Assembly: GCA_032718475.1 (NCBI GenBank)
Contig: JAUCBJ010003570.1
Span: 1-48,040 of the forward strand
DNA: 48,040 bases
Direction of reading: 5' to 3'
DNA from: Nemertoderma westbladi
Taxonomy: Eukaryota; Animalia; Xenacoelomorpha
Part shown: positions 46,641-48,040 of the stretch, piece after piece
How positions within the stretch are numbered: position 1 is the stretch's first letter
How the letters are laid out: every line of letters begins with the position of its first letter
Made by a program: the position numbers and the translations under genes
Notes under the pieces: model-generated
What the model saw: only the letters and a program-made list of their open reading frames with translations
Told to the model about the DNA's origin: nothing
Databases searched by the model: none

Positions 46641-48040
46641 GTGAAACAATTGCCAACAACCACTAAACTGTGACTGCCAGAAAGAAGTAAAGTAAATATG
46701 AGTGAGCCAAAGAGAGCCCAGAGATTCAGAGGGAGAGAGGACGCCGCCGCGGACCCGGACAACACCAATCAAACAATCCGCGAGGCCGCGACACGACGGT
46801 ATCGACCTGCGACGCCGGATTCGCCGACAAGGGATGATCCGGTTACCCCAAGCGGAGGGCGGGCCGTCAACCACGAGGGAGGGATGAGTCGATGCACGAC
46901 GGCGGTCGGAGTACCGAATTCGCTGGCCAGCCACAGGCCGAGGGCGATGGACGGCCCACCGGAACGGCGATGGTGGGGCCGCCGTACGACGCCGAACGAG
47001 GAGAAGAGGACAAGATGTCGGCGAAGAGGAGCTCGGGACGAGCGATCGGCTCGACGGGCCTACAATGCCACAAAGAAACTAATGAAGGAGGCCAGAGAGG
47101 GAGGAAAGGTAGACCAGCCTAAGTTACACCAAAGGCTAGGTGAGTCTAACAAACATTTCCGGTATCTAGTCCGCTTTGGACAGGGAGAACTGGCGAGTGA
47201 GAGAGCGAGGGGGGTCGCCACCGAACTGTTCGAACTGTGGCGATCCGGGTTATGGAGCCTGAAGTAGTGTACGTAGGGGCCATATTTAGTGGATGCTAGG
47301 GGAATTAAGTTAGTGGTTGGGCGGATCCGCACAAGTCCGAACCCGAGGTTAACCCCGAGGATTCGGTCTCGTCGGTTAGTGAGAACCCCAGAAAGCAGGG
47401 GAAAGTTAGTAGGACAGAGAGGGCGACGGGAGTCCGTCGCGACCGATAAGTCCGCTACATCCTCCGCAAAAGCAAGACAGGTGTTAGAGATAGATCTGGC
47501 GTGTCAATTAGAACCTTGTGGCACTGGATCAAAGGAATTGGAGAGGACAACTGGAAGAGGGAACTGCGATATTAGAGAAAGTGAGAGAGGGCAAAGAGAG
47601 GGCTGAGAGGGTAACAAGAAACTTTAGAGAGAGCGAAGAGAAGATGGTTGAGAGGATTGCGAGAGAGGGCAGAGTTGGCCGACCAAAGTATGAAGGAGGA
47701 TAGAGAGAGAGAGAGAGGGCGGGCAGACGTATGAGGGATGATATGCATACCCGGTTAAGGGGGCTTATGCAATATCAGGCAAACAAAAGCTAATCAAACC
47801 TTTATTGCAGGAAATAATCTTTTACAAAATAATAATAATTCTGATTTAAATATACAAAATAATAACCCTAATTTAAACGCACAAAATAATCTAAATAATA
47901 ATTTTAATTCAAACGCGCAAAATAATTCAAATAACGTTTTACCTGGTGATAGTAATTCTAATTTAAATATACAAAATAATTCAAATAATTTAAATAATTT
48001 AGAAAAAAATAATATTGATCACGGTGCTATTAATACAAAT
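45902..48040 (+). mobile_element. BEL-type LTR element C (relative of A): 5' LTR plus disrupted gag N-terminus, runs off the window
   Basis: Peptides TIREAATRRY, SLASHRPRA.DGPPER, RLGESN, VATDKSATSSAK and an Asn-rich block are homologous to 30570-31868. Confidence 0.85.

Overview
This is a eukaryotic (animal, probably invertebrate) genomic window dominated by transposons; I see no prokaryotic genes, rRNA, intact tRNA or CRISPR. Host genes: (i) a 4-exon minus-strand gene (21243->10738, ~801 aa) for a disordered protein with ~30 QQQYPESQD-type repeats; (ii) two apparently intronless Ig-like type-I membrane receptor paralogues (36652-38499, 42101-43576) that share a 412-bp, 99%-identical ectodomain tract but have unrelated tails, (GP)n versus Tyr/ITIM-like; (iii) a possible orphan cadherin-like exon. 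Mobile DNA: a young BEL/Pao-type LTR element with Gag and protease but no RT, RNase H or integrase. Its two halves (3814-9507 +, ~30570-32494 -) are inverted relative to each other yet share an ACTCT target duplication. Also present are a related subfamily copy (45902-end), a decayed BEL/Pao gag-pol, a Gypsy integrase fragment, several RTE-like LINE copies, an APE-RT LINE with intact ORF2 nested in one of them, MITE/foldback elements and minisatellites. Most notable: the paired-receptor-like genes, the pol-less BEL family with a conserved hairpin where a tRNA PBS is expected, and the split/inverted insertion. All calls were made by eye without database searches.
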